Of a stretch of DNA of 41,421 nt, positions 1 to 7,641 are shown piece after piece. The notes below the pieces were generated by a model that had not been told where the DNA came from, made no database searches, and saw only the letters and a program-made list of their open reading frames with translations. The stretch comes from a virus. The number at the start of each line of letters is the position of its first letter. Positions within the stretch are counted from its first letter, which is position 1. The stretch lies in IMG/VR virus record IMGVR_UViG_3300043932_000066, one strand, 5' to 3'. Both the position numbers and the translations under genes were made by a program.

Positions 1-127
1 CACTCCATGACGCCGCACGACGTCAGCGTGGGGTACGTGAGCATCGTAAAGTACAGCCATTGCGCGGCCAGCGGGACGTTCCGGAAGTCGGGGTCATTCC
101 AGATCGTCAGATACACGCTCGCGTAGG
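1..127. repeat. Terminal direct repeat, copy 1 (identical to 41295..41421)
   Basis: Read by eye: cactccatgacgccgcacgacgtcagcg...cgctcgcgtagg occurs at both ends of the window. Confidence 0.95.
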
Positions 128-137
128 CTCTCGCCAT
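1..137 (-). CDS. 5' end of the replication-initiator gene (wrap-around, continues from 40505..41421)
   Basis: Minus-strand ATG at 137 follows AAGGAGGAGGA (141-150). It reads MARAYASVYLTIWNDPDF, in frame with ORF 40505..41410 across the terminal repeat. Confidence 0.6.
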   Translation of the reverse strand, partial: MARAYASVYLTIWNDPDFRNVPLAAQWLYFTMLTYPTLTSCGVME

Positions 138-270
138 AGTCCTCCTCCTTCCTCTCGCATTGGTGCACTTGCCGCATGTAGCGGGGTGCTGTGATCCGCT
201 GGTCGCAGTGGGGGCATCGGTGGATGGTGTTCTCGGCCAGCGCGTTGTCCCGTGTCAGGTAGGCGCTCAC
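94..270 (-). CDS. Small hypothetical protein (58 aa) with CPHC motif
   Basis: GTG at 270 follows AGGAGGAG and overlaps the upstream stop as GTGA. Reads VSAYLTRDNALAENTIHRCPHCDQRITAPRYMRQVHQCERKEED. High GC3 over most of its length. Confidence 0.5.
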   Translation of the reverse strand: MSAYLTRDNALAENTIHRCPHCDQRITAPRYMRQVHQCERKEEDYGESLRERVSDDLE

Positions 271-641
271 GGCTCCTCCTGGACTTGCATGGCGGCTCGG
301 GTGCGGACGGCGCGCGCTGCGGACAGCAGCGCGGCTGCGTAGTCGCGGCAGTCGCTCTCGGTGGCGTTGGCGATGTCCGTCTCGCAGAGCGTTCCTCGTG
401 GTGCTGTCACGTAGACGCCGGGGTCCTCGTCGATGGTCATGACCTGTCCGAGGTTTCCGTCGTAGTAGATGCGCCGGGTCTCGGTCTGCACGTACCCATT
501 GCTCCCACGTAGCGGCTTGTCGTACATGTAGGTGTCGGTGCGGATTGGGCTCACGGTGTCGATGGGTGCGAGCTGTGCAGCGATGTCCTCCACTTGGAGT
601 CGCAGTGCGCGCACGGATTCCTCCCACGGCTGATCGCTCAC
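267..641 (-). CDS. Hypothetical protein (~124 aa)
   Basis: The protein-like part of ORF 267..980 starts at a GTG that overlaps the RusA stop (GTGA), with GGAGGTGGA upstream. The rest of the listed ORF is Arg/Pro-rich out-of-frame junk. Confidence 0.65.
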   Translation of the reverse strand: MSDQPWEESVRALRLQVEDIAAQLAPIDTVSPIRTDTYMYDKPLRGSNGYVQTETRRIYYDGNLGQVMTIDEDPGVYVTAPRGTLCETDIANATESDCRDYAAALLSAARAVRTRAAMQVQEEP

Positions 642-1024
642 CACTCCACCTCCTGTTCGACGATGACGAGCCGGACACGGTGCCAGCCTTTCTGCGCTCG
701 CCCGATATCCCTGCGGTAGTCGGGGCCGATGAGGTATTCGGAGGAGTCGTCCTCCCACACCCCTGCGTCTGTCAGGCCGTCGAGACACGCTTTGACGGTG
801 GTGGACGCGTTGCCGGGGTCGGCTCGGCCCGTCGTGGGGTACTGGATGTGTGCTGTGACGTGGGCGATGCTGACCGGCTGGATGTGCTGGTTGCGCGCCG
901 TGAATGCCGCCCGCGTCCTGAGTGCCCTCGTTCGTCGCGCTTTCTCCGCCCAGTGCGTGCGCCCGTTCGCGGACAGCCACTCGTTCTGTGGCACGTCGAT
1001 GACTAGAACCTGGGTACCGCTCAT
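638..1024 (-). CDS. rusA: RusA-family Holliday junction resolvase
   Basis: 128 aa. LSANGRTHWAEKARRTRALR and DPGNASTTVKACLDGLTDAGVWEDD fit the RusA pattern. Typical end-of-early-operon position. Confidence 0.8.
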   Translation of the reverse strand: MSGTQVLVIDVPQNEWLSANGRTHWAEKARRTRALRTRAAFTARNQHIQPVSIAHVTAHIQYPTTGRADPGNASTTVKACLDGLTDAGVWEDDSSEYLIGPDYRRDIGRAQKGWHRVRLVIVEQEVEW

Positions 1025-1104
1025 TGCCGTGTCTCTCGGTAGTAGAAGTAGGCCCCCGTCGCGATTGCGATGGGGGCCATGATTGCGATGATGAGGGCGG
1101 TCAT
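1021..1104 (-). CDS. Tiny membrane peptide (27 aa)
   Basis: MTALIIAIMAPIAIATGAYFYYRETRQ. ATGA overlaps at both ends. One hydrophobic helix. Confidence 0.4.
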   Translation of the reverse strand: MTALIIAIMAPIAIATGAYFYYRETRQ

Positions 1105-1310
1105 GATCCGCCCCCGTATCGGACGTGCTGCTCTAGGGCGGTCACGTCTGTCACGAGGTCTACGAGGCCGCCGTAGTCCACGGGCCGCCACACGTGGCGC
1201 GATCCGGTCACGCGGTCCACGAGTTCCACGCGCGGCTGACCGGACTCCACCGTGACATGCAGGTCGAGCGACCCGGCACCCGGGATCGTGCGAGAGAAGG
1301 CGGCGGTCAT
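1101..1310 (-). CDS. Hypothetical protein (69 aa)
   Basis: MTAAFSRTIPGAGSLDLHVTVESGQPRVELVDRV.... ATGA overlap with the methyltransferase stop. Normal composition. Confidence 0.6.
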   Translation of the reverse strand: MTAAFSRTIPGAGSLDLHVTVESGQPRVELVDRVTGSRHVWRPVDYGGLVDLVTDVTALEQHVRYGGGS

Positions 1311-2035
1311 GCTGACCACTCTCCGAAGTCGAGGACACCCTGAGACAGGCGGCGTGCGGCGATCTCGCAATAGCGTTCCTCCAGCTCCACGCCGACCGCG
1401 TGGCGTCCGAGGCGCTTCGCGGCGACCAGCGTGCTGCCCGACCCCGCGAACGGGTCCGCGACCACCCACTCGGGCTTGCACTTCTTGAGGAGCCACTGCA
1501 TGAGGCCGATAGGCTTCGCGGTGGGGTGTCCGCCACGTTGAGCGTTGAGACGGAGACACGGGTTCGGGTCGACGAGGATGTTGCTGTCGACTCTTCCGTT
1601 GGTGAACTCGCTGGCCGTGTCTGCGAGCGCGTAAATCTCCTCGTCCTGCGTGATCCACGGCGATTTCTCAGCGCTCGCAAGAAGAGTTCCTGGAGCTGTC
1701 TTGACCCACAGGAGTCGCATGACGGTGCGCTCCGGTCGCGGCTTTCGCCAGTGACCGAACACTAGGGCTGGTCTCTCTCCCCATGCGCTGAGTGCCCAAT
1801 CGCGTGCGGACACGTCCTTGTCTGACTTGATTCTCTGCGTCCCCTGTTCGGCCATGAGGCGTGAGTTCGCGAGCCGATCCGCGCGAGTGACGCCAGTCAT
1901 GCGCCCCGCCTTATAATCAATCCCATATGGCGGGTCTGTGACGAGCACGTCCGCCCGCACCCACCATTCGGGGTGCTCTAGGCAGTCCCCGTGGTAGAGG
2001 GTGACGTGCTCGTCCTGGTAGTAGGGGTCGCTCAC
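1307..2035 (-). CDS. Orphan DNA methyltransferase (N6-adenine/N4-cytosine type, DPPY motif)
   Basis: DPPYGIDYK catalytic motif followed by a C-terminal ADPFAGSGSTLVAAKRLGR AdoMet motif. GTG start at 2035 (GTGA overlap, AAGGGGGCGGGG upstream). No restriction partner nearby. Confidence 0.85.
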   Translation of the reverse strand: MSDPYYQDEHVTLYHGDCLEHPEWWVRADVLVTDPPYGIDYKAGRMTGVTRADRLANSRLMAEQGTQRIKSDKDVSARDWALSAWGERPALVFGHWRKPRPERTVMRLLWVKTAPGTLLASAEKSPWITQDEEIYALADTASEFTNGRVDSNILVDPNPCLRLNAQRGGHPTAKPIGLMQWLLKKCKPEWVVADPFAGSGSTLVAAKRLGRHAVGVELEERYCEIAARRLSQGVLDFGEWSA

Positions 2036-2340
2036 TTCCCCGCCCCCTTGGTTGTCGCGTCCTGCCAGTAGGCGGGGTCGAAACTGATCCACACGTGCCG
2101 GTGTGACTTGGAGTCTGCGGCGGTGCGGGTTTGGATGCGGTAGGGGCGGGGGCAGGCCTTGCTGAGGGCGGCTGTGCGGGCGACGGGCAGGACGAGTGGG
2201 CGCCCCGCGTCGTCGGCCAACTGGAACGCGTGGCCGGGGTTACTGCGCATGGTGCGCAGCATGTCCGTGTCCACGATGTCGGTCCACAGGCTTCCCGCCC
2301 GCGTGACCTTCGCCGGCACCTTCCGGTCGAGCAGCTTCAC
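2032..2340 (-). CDS. Hypothetical protein (102 aa)
   Basis: GTG at 2340 follows GGAGGAGG with a GTGA overlap. Reads VKLLDRKVPAKVTRAGSLWTDIVDTDMLRTMRSNPGHAF.... Confidence 0.6.
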   Translation of the reverse strand: MKLLDRKVPAKVTRAGSLWTDIVDTDMLRTMRSNPGHAFQLADDAGRPLVLPVARTAALSKACPRPYRIQTRTAADSKSHRHVWISFDPAYWQDATTKGAGK

Positions 2341-2645
2341 GATGCCTCCTCCTTCCACTGGTTGAGGGTTTTTATGGGGATGCCGACGCTGTTGGCCCAA
2401 TAGACTTCGATTTGGGCGCCGCGGGAGGCTGTCCAGCCGGGCAGGACGCACACGGCGTCCGCCTCGGTGAGCAGGCGCATGGTTTGGCGCATGTAGTCCA
2501 ACCACGACGCGCCGTCGGCTAGCTGGACGTCGGCGGGGTTGATCGGGTCGTGCCCCAGCGACAGGAGCGTGTCCTCCGCCGCGTAGAACGCCGGCCGGTT
2601 CATTTCGGGGAGCCCGGTCATGGGCCCGGCAATGTAGGTCCTCAT
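2337..2645 (-). CDS. DUF4406-like (nucleoside 2-deoxyribosyltransferase-like fold) protein
   Basis: MRTYIAGPMTGLPEMNRPAFYAAEDTL...VLPGWTASRGAQIEVYWA matches the DUF4406 signature as I recall it. Confidence 0.7.
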   Translation of the reverse strand: MRTYIAGPMTGLPEMNRPAFYAAEDTLLSLGHDPINPADVQLADGASWLDYMRQTMRLLTEADAVCVLPGWTASRGAQIEVYWANSVGIPIKTLNQWKEEAS

Positions 2646-3280
2646 GCCGCCGGCTCCGGATCATCGAAGGGGACTCCCGTCTCCGGGTCCGCGGGCTCGT
2701 CGTGGTGGCCGGTGAGGGCTTCGATGGTGACGGTCGCCGGGATGGGCTCGGGGCGGTCTGGGCGGCCGTCCTGGTCGACGCTGGCGCCGAGCTCTTCGGG
2801 GACGTACAAGGCGCCGGACAGGACCTCGCTGGCGCCCTCGCGGACGACCTCGCTGATGGCGCGGGCCTTGAGCATGGCGGCCGGGTACGTCTTCCACACG
2901 GCCTTACTGGTCAGTCCGGCAGACTGGGCGCGCTGCATGGTCCACACGGCTGTGAACGCGAAGTCTGGATCGTCGGCCCGGATGAGGGTTGCCTTCGCCG
3001 CGGTCCCGTCGTTGCTCATCTGGACGCGGAGCCGGTGGCCGGCGCGGCGTACGAGGGCGGCCATGAGGTGAGATGACAGGGACGGCTTTCCGTCGATCAC
3101 GTAGATGTCGGTGAGGGCGTTCATGCGGCCGATCCCGAGCTCGTCGGCGTACTCGGCGGCGACGAGGAGGTTTGCGGGCTGCTTCTGGTACTGGCGGGGG
3201 AGCATGGTGGAGGGGGCAACGGCGCGCGCCCAGTCCATGACCTCTCCGAGGCTTGTCGTGGTGGTGATATCGGTGCTCAT
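2642..3280 (-). CDS. recT: RecT-family single-strand annealing recombinase
   Basis: 212 aa from the ATG at 3280 (ATGA overlap). AVWKTYPAAMLKARAISEVVREGASEVLSGALYVPEE is RecT-like. Paired with the upstream exonuclease. Confidence 0.8.
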   Translation of the reverse strand: MSTDITTTTSLGEVMDWARAVAPSTMLPRQYQKQPANLLVAAEYADELGIGRMNALTDIYVIDGKPSLSSHLMAALVRRAGHRLRVQMSNDGTAAKATLIRADDPDFAFTAVWTMQRAQSAGLTSKAVWKTYPAAMLKARAISEVVREGASEVLSGALYVPEELGASVDQDGRPDRPEPIPATVTIEALTGHHDEPADPETGVPFDDPEPAA

Positions 3281-4110
3281 TGCTGCTCCTGGATCTGGTC
3301 TTCGTCGTGCTGGATGACCGCCCACTTGGGGAGGTCGATGAGTTGGGGTGCGGTGGGATAGCCGGGCCACTGGTCGGATGCCGTGGCCTGGACGTACAGG
3401 CGGCGTGCCCGGGCCGACTTCTCGGCGCCGACACGGAGGGCCTCCACGTCGAGCTGATAGATGCCGACGAGATAGGGCGGTGTCTTCTCCTGGCAGACGA
3501 ACACGAAGGGCACGTCGCGGGCGTCCTTGAGGACGCTGACGGCGTCGAGGTACCACGCGGCCTGCACCTCGTAGCTGAACGTGGCAACCGCCTTCTGGAA
3601 GCCGCGTGGGCTCGCGTCGGCGGTCGTCTTGTAGTCGACGATCAGGTCCCAGTCGTAGGTGGCGAGGTCGGGGCGGGCGCGGCACGAGCACCCGGTGTCG
3701 GGGTCCTCCCACCACATGGACAGCTCCGCCATCGTGTCGTCGCGCTCGAAGAGCGGCCCGGCGACAGGATGGTCGGCGAGTGCCTCGCGCATGTCCTGGA
3801 CCTGCCTCCACTCCGAGGCGAGGAGCGGCGTCCGGCCCTCCGCGATCGCGAGGTCGCGCTGCTCCCTCGACTCTTTGGCGCGCCACGAGTCGGCGTCAAC
3901 GACCTCGAACTCGTCGCCGATCCCGAGGGTCAAGGTGTGGGCGGCGTGGCCAAGCTCAAACGCCGCCACGTAGGGGCGTGGATGGTCCATGTCCCACCGG
4001 AATCGGGCGGGGGACTGGAGGATCTTCCGGGCGCCGGAGGATGAGAGGCTGTCCCGATCCGCGTGGTACTCGGTGTCTGAGATGGCTGCATACGTCCCCG
4101 GATCTCTCAC
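3277..4110 (-). CDS. RecE-like PD-(D/E)xK exonuclease (DUF3799/Che9c gp60-like)
   Basis: 277 aa. YHADRDSLSSSGARKIL, DLIVDYKTT and QAAWY motifs. Sits immediately upstream of recT. Confidence 0.75.
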   Translation of the reverse strand: MRDPGTYAAISDTEYHADRDSLSSSGARKILQSPARFRWDMDHPRPYVAAFELGHAAHTLTLGIGDEFEVVDADSWRAKESREQRDLAIAEGRTPLLASEWRQVQDMREALADHPVAGPLFERDDTMAELSMWWEDPDTGCSCRARPDLATYDWDLIVDYKTTADASPRGFQKAVATFSYEVQAAWYLDAVSVLKDARDVPFVFVCQEKTPPYLVGIYQLDVEALRVGAEKSARARRLYVQATASDQWPGYPTAPQLIDLPKWAVIQHDEDQIQEQQ

Positions 4111-4214
4111 CGCTCTCTCCTTTCGTCGTGTTGTGCTTGTGCCTGTGTGAGGTCGCGTGGGAGGCGCGGCTGGCCCAGGGAGCGGGCCAGGAGGCGGAGG
4201 AGATGGGCAATCAT
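4107..4214 (-). CDS. Possible 35-aa ORF bridging two genes
   Basis: MIAHLLRLLARSLGQPRLPRDLTQAQAQHDERRER. ATGA overlap upstream and GTGA overlap downstream. Otherwise this is an unexplained ~100-bp gap. Confidence 0.3.
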   Translation of the reverse strand: MIAHLLRLLARSLGQPRLPRDLTQAQAQHDERRER

Positions 4215-4516
4215 GAGCGGACCTCGATGTGGACTGGGTGGCTGCTGGTCACGGTCACGGTCACGCCGTCATGGGCGCGCCAGTACGTGACGGCCTCGCG
4301 CCAGCCCTGCACGACAGCGGCCTGCTGGAGGCTCCGCTCGGGCTCTGGGAGGCTGTCTCCGAGCACGCTGCGTGCCGCCCTGTCCAGGTCGTCCCAGCTC
4401 GTGCAGACATCGACCATGCCCTCGTAGACCTGCACGCTGATCGGCTCGATCCTGTCGATGCCGAGCTGGTCCACGGCGTCGCGCGCCCAGCTCCACGACT
4501 CATCCCACAGGCTCAT
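4211..4516 (-). CDS. Hypothetical protein (101 aa)
   Basis: MSLWDESWSWARDAVDQLGIDRIEPISVQVYEG.... AGGAAAGGAA lies upstream of the ATG. Confidence 0.7.
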   Translation of the reverse strand: MSLWDESWSWARDAVDQLGIDRIEPISVQVYEGMVDVCTSWDDLDRAARSVLGDSLPEPERSLQQAAVVQGWREAVTYWRAHDGVTVTVTSSHPVHIEVRS

Positions 4517-4748
4517 GTGATTTCCTTTCCTGCTGTCGCGCCATGGCGCACAGCCAGGCGGCGAGCGTCCTCATCTGGTGGGGCGCCATGGGGATGTCGA
4601 TGCTCACGGGGATGTCGTCGCGCTCACCCATGCGGTTGGTGATGGCGGCCTCCGTGTCGACGATCAGGCCGTCCTGGTCGGGGGTGACGCGCACGCGCGT
4701 GACCCCCTGATCCACGTCGATGCTCAGGCCGAGACTGCTCTCACTCAT
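4500..4748 (-). CDS. Hypothetical protein (82 aa)
   Basis: MSESSLGLSIDVDQGVTRVRVTPDQDGLIVDTEAAITNRMGERDD.... ATGA overlap with the upstream small ORF. Confidence 0.6.
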   Translation of the reverse strand: MSESSLGLSIDVDQGVTRVRVTPDQDGLIVDTEAAITNRMGERDDIPVSIDIPMAPHQMRTLAAWLCAMARQQERKSHEPVG

Positions 4749-4888
4749 GGCAGGCACCCCCACAAGGCGAGGAGCGCGATGCCGGCGAGGGCGGCGAGCC
4801 ATAGTGGGCCGCCGGATTCGAGGAGGGCGGCGGCCGTGACGGCCACGCACCCGCACGACACAGCTAAAGACTCGCGGCGGCGCGTCAC
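4745..4888 (-). CDS. Small membrane protein (47 aa)
   Basis: VTRRRESLAVSCGCVAVTAAALLESGGPLWLAALAGIALLALWGCLP. GTGA and ATGA overlaps at its ends. Two hydrophobic segments. Confidence 0.4.
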   Translation of the reverse strand: MTRRRESLAVSCGCVAVTAAALLESGGPLWLAALAGIALLALWGCLP

Positions 4889-5262
4889 GACTGGTCACCG
4901 CCGTTCGCGATCTCCAGGAGCACGTCGGCGTGGCACGGCTGGTCGAGCGGGCACCAGCACGCCAGGTCACGCCCAGCCAGTTCTCGTCGGATGTCCTGGG
5001 CGATGGGTGAGCGGAACCTGATCATGCCCAGCGGGTCCACGAGCCCGGTCGTGATGTAGCGGCGGTAGAGGTCCACGGCCTGCTGCGGGGTGTCCGCGAG
5101 GAGCGTCATCTCGGCTTCCATGCCGCCGAGATCGCCGCGGATCACGGAGTCCTTCCCGACCTTGAAGGGATTGCCCCACTTCGACCCGCGCCCCACGTAG
5201 ATCGCGCCGGCGGGCATGCGCCAGCCGAGGGTCCGGCGGCGCTGGATTCTCCGCGGCGTCAT
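4885..5262 (-). CDS. DUF4326-domain protein
   Basis: IYVGRGSKWGNPFKVG ... LACWCPLDQPCHADVLLEIAN matches the DUF4326 signature as I recall it. Confidence 0.7.
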   Translation of the reverse strand: MTPRRIQRRRTLGWRMPAGAIYVGRGSKWGNPFKVGKDSVIRGDLGGMEAEMTLLADTPQQAVDLYRRYITTGLVDPLGMIRFRSPIAQDIRRELAGRDLACWCPLDQPCHADVLLEIANGGDQS

Positions 5263-5591
5263 GAGTGGGCCTCCAGGTCGAGTGCGGTCTGCCCGAGGAG
5301 CGCGTACTCCCGGTCCCTGACGCGGATCTCCTGGTCCCGCTCGGACAGGAGGACACGCAGGCGGTCGACCTCACCGGCCAGCCACTGGATGTCCTCGGGC
5401 GCGTGGGCGATCAGCTCGGCGTCGGCTGCGTTTGGCGGCCAATCGTCGGTCGTCTTGAGGACATTCAGATCGTGATACCCCTCGTTTGGATGCGCGATCG
5501 TCACTCCCGACGTCCCGTATCCGACGACCTCCCACGGCCCGGGTGTTGCCTTGTCGAGGCGCGCGCGGATCTCCGACAGGCGGTCACTCAT
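5259..5591 (-). CDS. Ead/Ea22-like protein
   Basis: MSDRLSEIRARLDKATPGPWEV ... NAADAELIAHAPEDIQWLAGEVDRLR. An alternative start at 5609 is possible. Confidence 0.6.
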   Translation of the reverse strand: MSDRLSEIRARLDKATPGPWEVVGYGTSGVTIAHPNEGYHDLNVLKTTDDWPPNAADAELIAHAPEDIQWLAGEVDRLRVLLSERDQEIRVRDREYALLGQTALDLEAHS

Positions 5592-5823
5592 CGGAGTCCC
5601 CACCGTCATTGGTCAGGGTGACGGGACGCGCCATGCCCCGCGACAACCAGTCGAGCATCGTCTGGCGGCCGGTCCCGCGCTCGTGGAGACCGGCGATGCG
5701 CCGCTGGCTCCCGATCATGCTGAGTGGGTGCGTGCGCCCGACATCCGACCGGTGGCGCGCCGTGTACGGCTCGCGCTCATCCGGCCACTCGACATCCTGG
5801 GGGTCGATCTGCTCGATGCTCAT
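5584..5823 (-). CDS. Hypothetical protein (79 aa)
   Basis: ATG at 5823 follows GAAGGAGAAGACCA. Reads MSIEQIDPQDVEWPDEREPYTARHRSDVGRTHPLSMIG.... Confidence 0.65.
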   Translation of the reverse strand: MSIEQIDPQDVEWPDEREPYTARHRSDVGRTHPLSMIGSQRRIAGLHERGTGRQTMLDWLSRGMARPVTLTNDGGDSDE

Positions 5824-5847
5824 TGGTCTTCTCCTTCGCTGAAATGG

Positions 5848-5877
5848 AGCGCCCCCGCCGTCGTCGGCAGGGGCGCT
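5848..5877. terminator. Strong GC hairpin (12 bp, tetraloop) just upstream of gene 5584..5823
   Basis: agcgcccc-c-gccg tcgt cggc-a-ggggcgct. A U-rich stretch follows on the plus strand (gtgttgatctgatgttg), and ccatttc follows on the minus strand. Confidence 0.45.
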
Positions 5878-6268
5878 GTGTTGATCTGATGTTGTGGTGG
5901 ACTCGGCGGCGGGGGACACGGGGCGCGACGACGACGTTCACTCATCACGTCAGCCACAGCAGCACGCCCAGTCGGATCAAACCGCCTGTCCCACCAGCGG
6001 TCGCGGTCGTCATCCGACCCGTCCCACACAGGCGGGCGCCGACGCTCATACGGGCTCCTCACGATGGGTCCTTGGCTTGTGTTGCCAACCGTGATCGAGA
6101 ATCTAGGACCTTAGTCCTGATTGGCGTGAACTTGTGCGACTCGACCACTAGATGTGGTGGCGACACGCCGAAGCGTCCACTAGATAGGGGATATGTCCCT
6201 CGTAGTCTGTATATGCGGGGTCGCACAAGCGGCTCCGCTTCGCACGAGGACGAGAGGAGGTGAAGGCC

Positions 6269-6382
6269 ATGGCGAAGAACTCGAAGTCCGGCGGACACTA
6301 CCGCTCGGCCAAGACCGGCGAGTACGTCACCGAGGCGTACGGGAAGAGCCACCCCAGCACGACCGTCAAGGAATCCAAGTAG
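6269..6382 (+). CDS. Small basic protein (37 aa), plus-strand island
   Basis: GAGGAGGTGAAGGCC then ATG. Reads MAKNSKSGGHYRSAKTGEYVTEAYGKSHPSTTVKESK. Below the ORF-track size cutoff. Confidence 0.55.
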   Translation: MAKNSKSGGHYRSAKTGEYVTEAYGKSHPSTTVKESK

Positions 6383-6410
6383 CCGCTTGCGATTTCGATC
6401 GGTCCCGATG

Positions 6411-6456
6411 TGCGGGGTGGCCTCTACCGGCAGTCTACCGGCAACGCCACCCCGCA
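6411..6456. terminator. Bidirectional-type hairpin between convergent genes 6269..6382(+) and 6465..6653(-)
   Basis: 11-bp stem tgcggggtggc/gccaccccgca. The loop contains the direct repeat ctaccggca x2. No clear U-tract. Confidence 0.5.
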
Positions 6457-6464
6457 CCACACAT

Positions 6465-6653
6465 TCAGCCCTGCGCGTCATCATCACCCCGCATCCACGC
6501 ATCCACGTCCTCCGCGAAATAGCGGACAAGACGCCGCCCGCGCCTCGAAAACCGCGGGCCACCCCCATCAGCCCGCCACCGCTCCAACGTCTTCACCGAC
6601 ACCTGCAACCGCTCAGCCACCTCAGCCGGCGTCAACCACACGCCGCCCATCAC
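6465..6653 (-). CDS. Excisionase/MerR-type HTH DNA-binding protein (candidate Xis/RDF)
   Basis: WLTPAEVAERLQVSVKTLERWRADGGGPRFSRRGRRLVRYFAEDVDAWM is a typical HTH_17/excisionase pattern. Confidence 0.65.
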   Translation of the reverse strand: MMGGVWLTPAEVAERLQVSVKTLERWRADGGGPRFSRRGRRLVRYFAEDVDAWMRGDDDAQG

Positions 6654-6967
6654 GCGCCCACCCTTCTGGCAGCCGCGAGCGCGTGGCGCATGCCTTCACG
6701 CGCCGTCGGGTCCGCCCGATGCTGATCACTGATCGTCGCCGGATCGAGCCGTGGGCCACCGAGCTTCTGCCTGCGCGGCGCCACACACACACGCCGCCCA
6801 TCACCCGGCGCACGACCCGCGAGCGCCGTCTCGATGATGTTCCACTCCGACGGCTCGATCCCGGACTCGTAGACCTGCCGAGCGACCTTGCGGACCTGCG
6901 TGCCGCTCAGCGTCGGACACGTGTCGGCGACCCTCTCCTGGAGCTCGCCGCGAGACAATCTGGGCAT
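6650..6967 (-). CDS. Hypothetical protein (105 aa)
   Basis: MPRLSRGELQERVADTCPTLSGTQVRKVARQVYESGIEPSEWNIIETALAG.... GTGA overlap with the downstream HTH gene. The C-terminal part is less protein-like. Confidence 0.5.
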   Translation of the reverse strand: MPRLSRGELQERVADTCPTLSGTQVRKVARQVYESGIEPSEWNIIETALAGRAPGDGRRVCVAPRRQKLGGPRLDPATISDQHRADPTAREGMRHALAAARRVGA

Positions 6968-7024
6968 GGCTATGCCCCTCTCTCTTCCTCGTAATCGAGG
7001 AAGGTAAGTAGTACGGGTAGGGGG

Positions 7025-7249
7025 TCAGGCGGTCTTGCGGTGGTGTGCCTGTTGTGAGCGTTCCGTGCGGCGCATGTCGGGTCGGACCGTGCGCGCTGCG
7101 ATGTAGTCGGCGAGGTTCTGCTCGGTGAACCGGATGCGGCGCCCCACCCTCACGTGCGGGATCTCCCTGCGCCCAGCCATCCGCTTGATGGTTTGTGCAG
7201 TCAAGCCGAGCTGGGTGGCCATCCACGCCGCATCGTGCGTCTCGGGCAT
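7025..7249 (-). CDS. Excisionase-type HTH DNA-binding protein (second copy)
   Basis: MPETHDAAWMATQLGLTAQTIKRMAGRREIPHVRVGRRIRFTEQNLADYI. GGAGGAAGAGTA precedes the ATG, and TAATG overlaps the upstream stop. Confidence 0.7.
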   Translation of the reverse strand: MPETHDAAWMATQLGLTAQTIKRMAGRREIPHVRVGRRIRFTEQNLADYIAARTVRPDMRRTERSQQAHHRKTA

Positions 7250-7641
7250 TACTCTTCCTCCATGTCGGCGGCGAGCCGGTTGGCCCTTTCGCGGAGTCGG
7301 TTGATCTGGTCGCGCTTGCGAGCGTTCCTGCGTCGCGCGTTCGCCACGGTGACGGGATGCCAGTCGACGTCGGTCTCGACGAGGATCGCGGCGCCGCCCC
7401 ACCGGTTGATGAGGTCGACCCTGTGCTGAGCGCTGGAGCGGGACCGGTAGATGGGCCGGTCGGATGGGATGAAGAACGGGTGGGGCTCGCCCCACACCTG
7501 CTGGCAGTGCTCGTCCCAGCCCTTCGGCGCGCCCTCAGCCTCGGTCTTCGGGGCCGCGGGGACGGTCTCCGTCCAGTCCTCCAGGACCTCGACGTTGGCG
7601 TCCGGGAAGTCGGCGACGTCCATGGCCTTGTAGAGCCTCAT
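7249..7641 (-). CDS. Hypothetical protein (130 aa)
   Basis: MRLYKAMDVADFPDANVEVLEDWTETVPAAPKTE.... GAAGGAGATCGCAGC precedes the ATG. ATGA overlap with the antirepressor stop. Confidence 0.7.
   Translation of the reverse strand: MRLYKAMDVADFPDANVEVLEDWTETVPAAPKTEAEGAPKGWDEHCQQVWGEPHPFFIPSDRPIYRSRSSAQHRVDLINRWGGAAILVETDVDWHPVTVANARRRNARKRDQINRLRERANRLAADMEEE

Noticed and set aside
5820-6062. 80-aa ORF listed in the track as a gene
   Set aside because: Not called as a feature. It has about 67% GC3, a low-complexity Pro-rich tail, a 12-bp hairpin inside its 3' end, and a competing 34-aa ORF with a better RBS. It is left unresolved and described in the findings.
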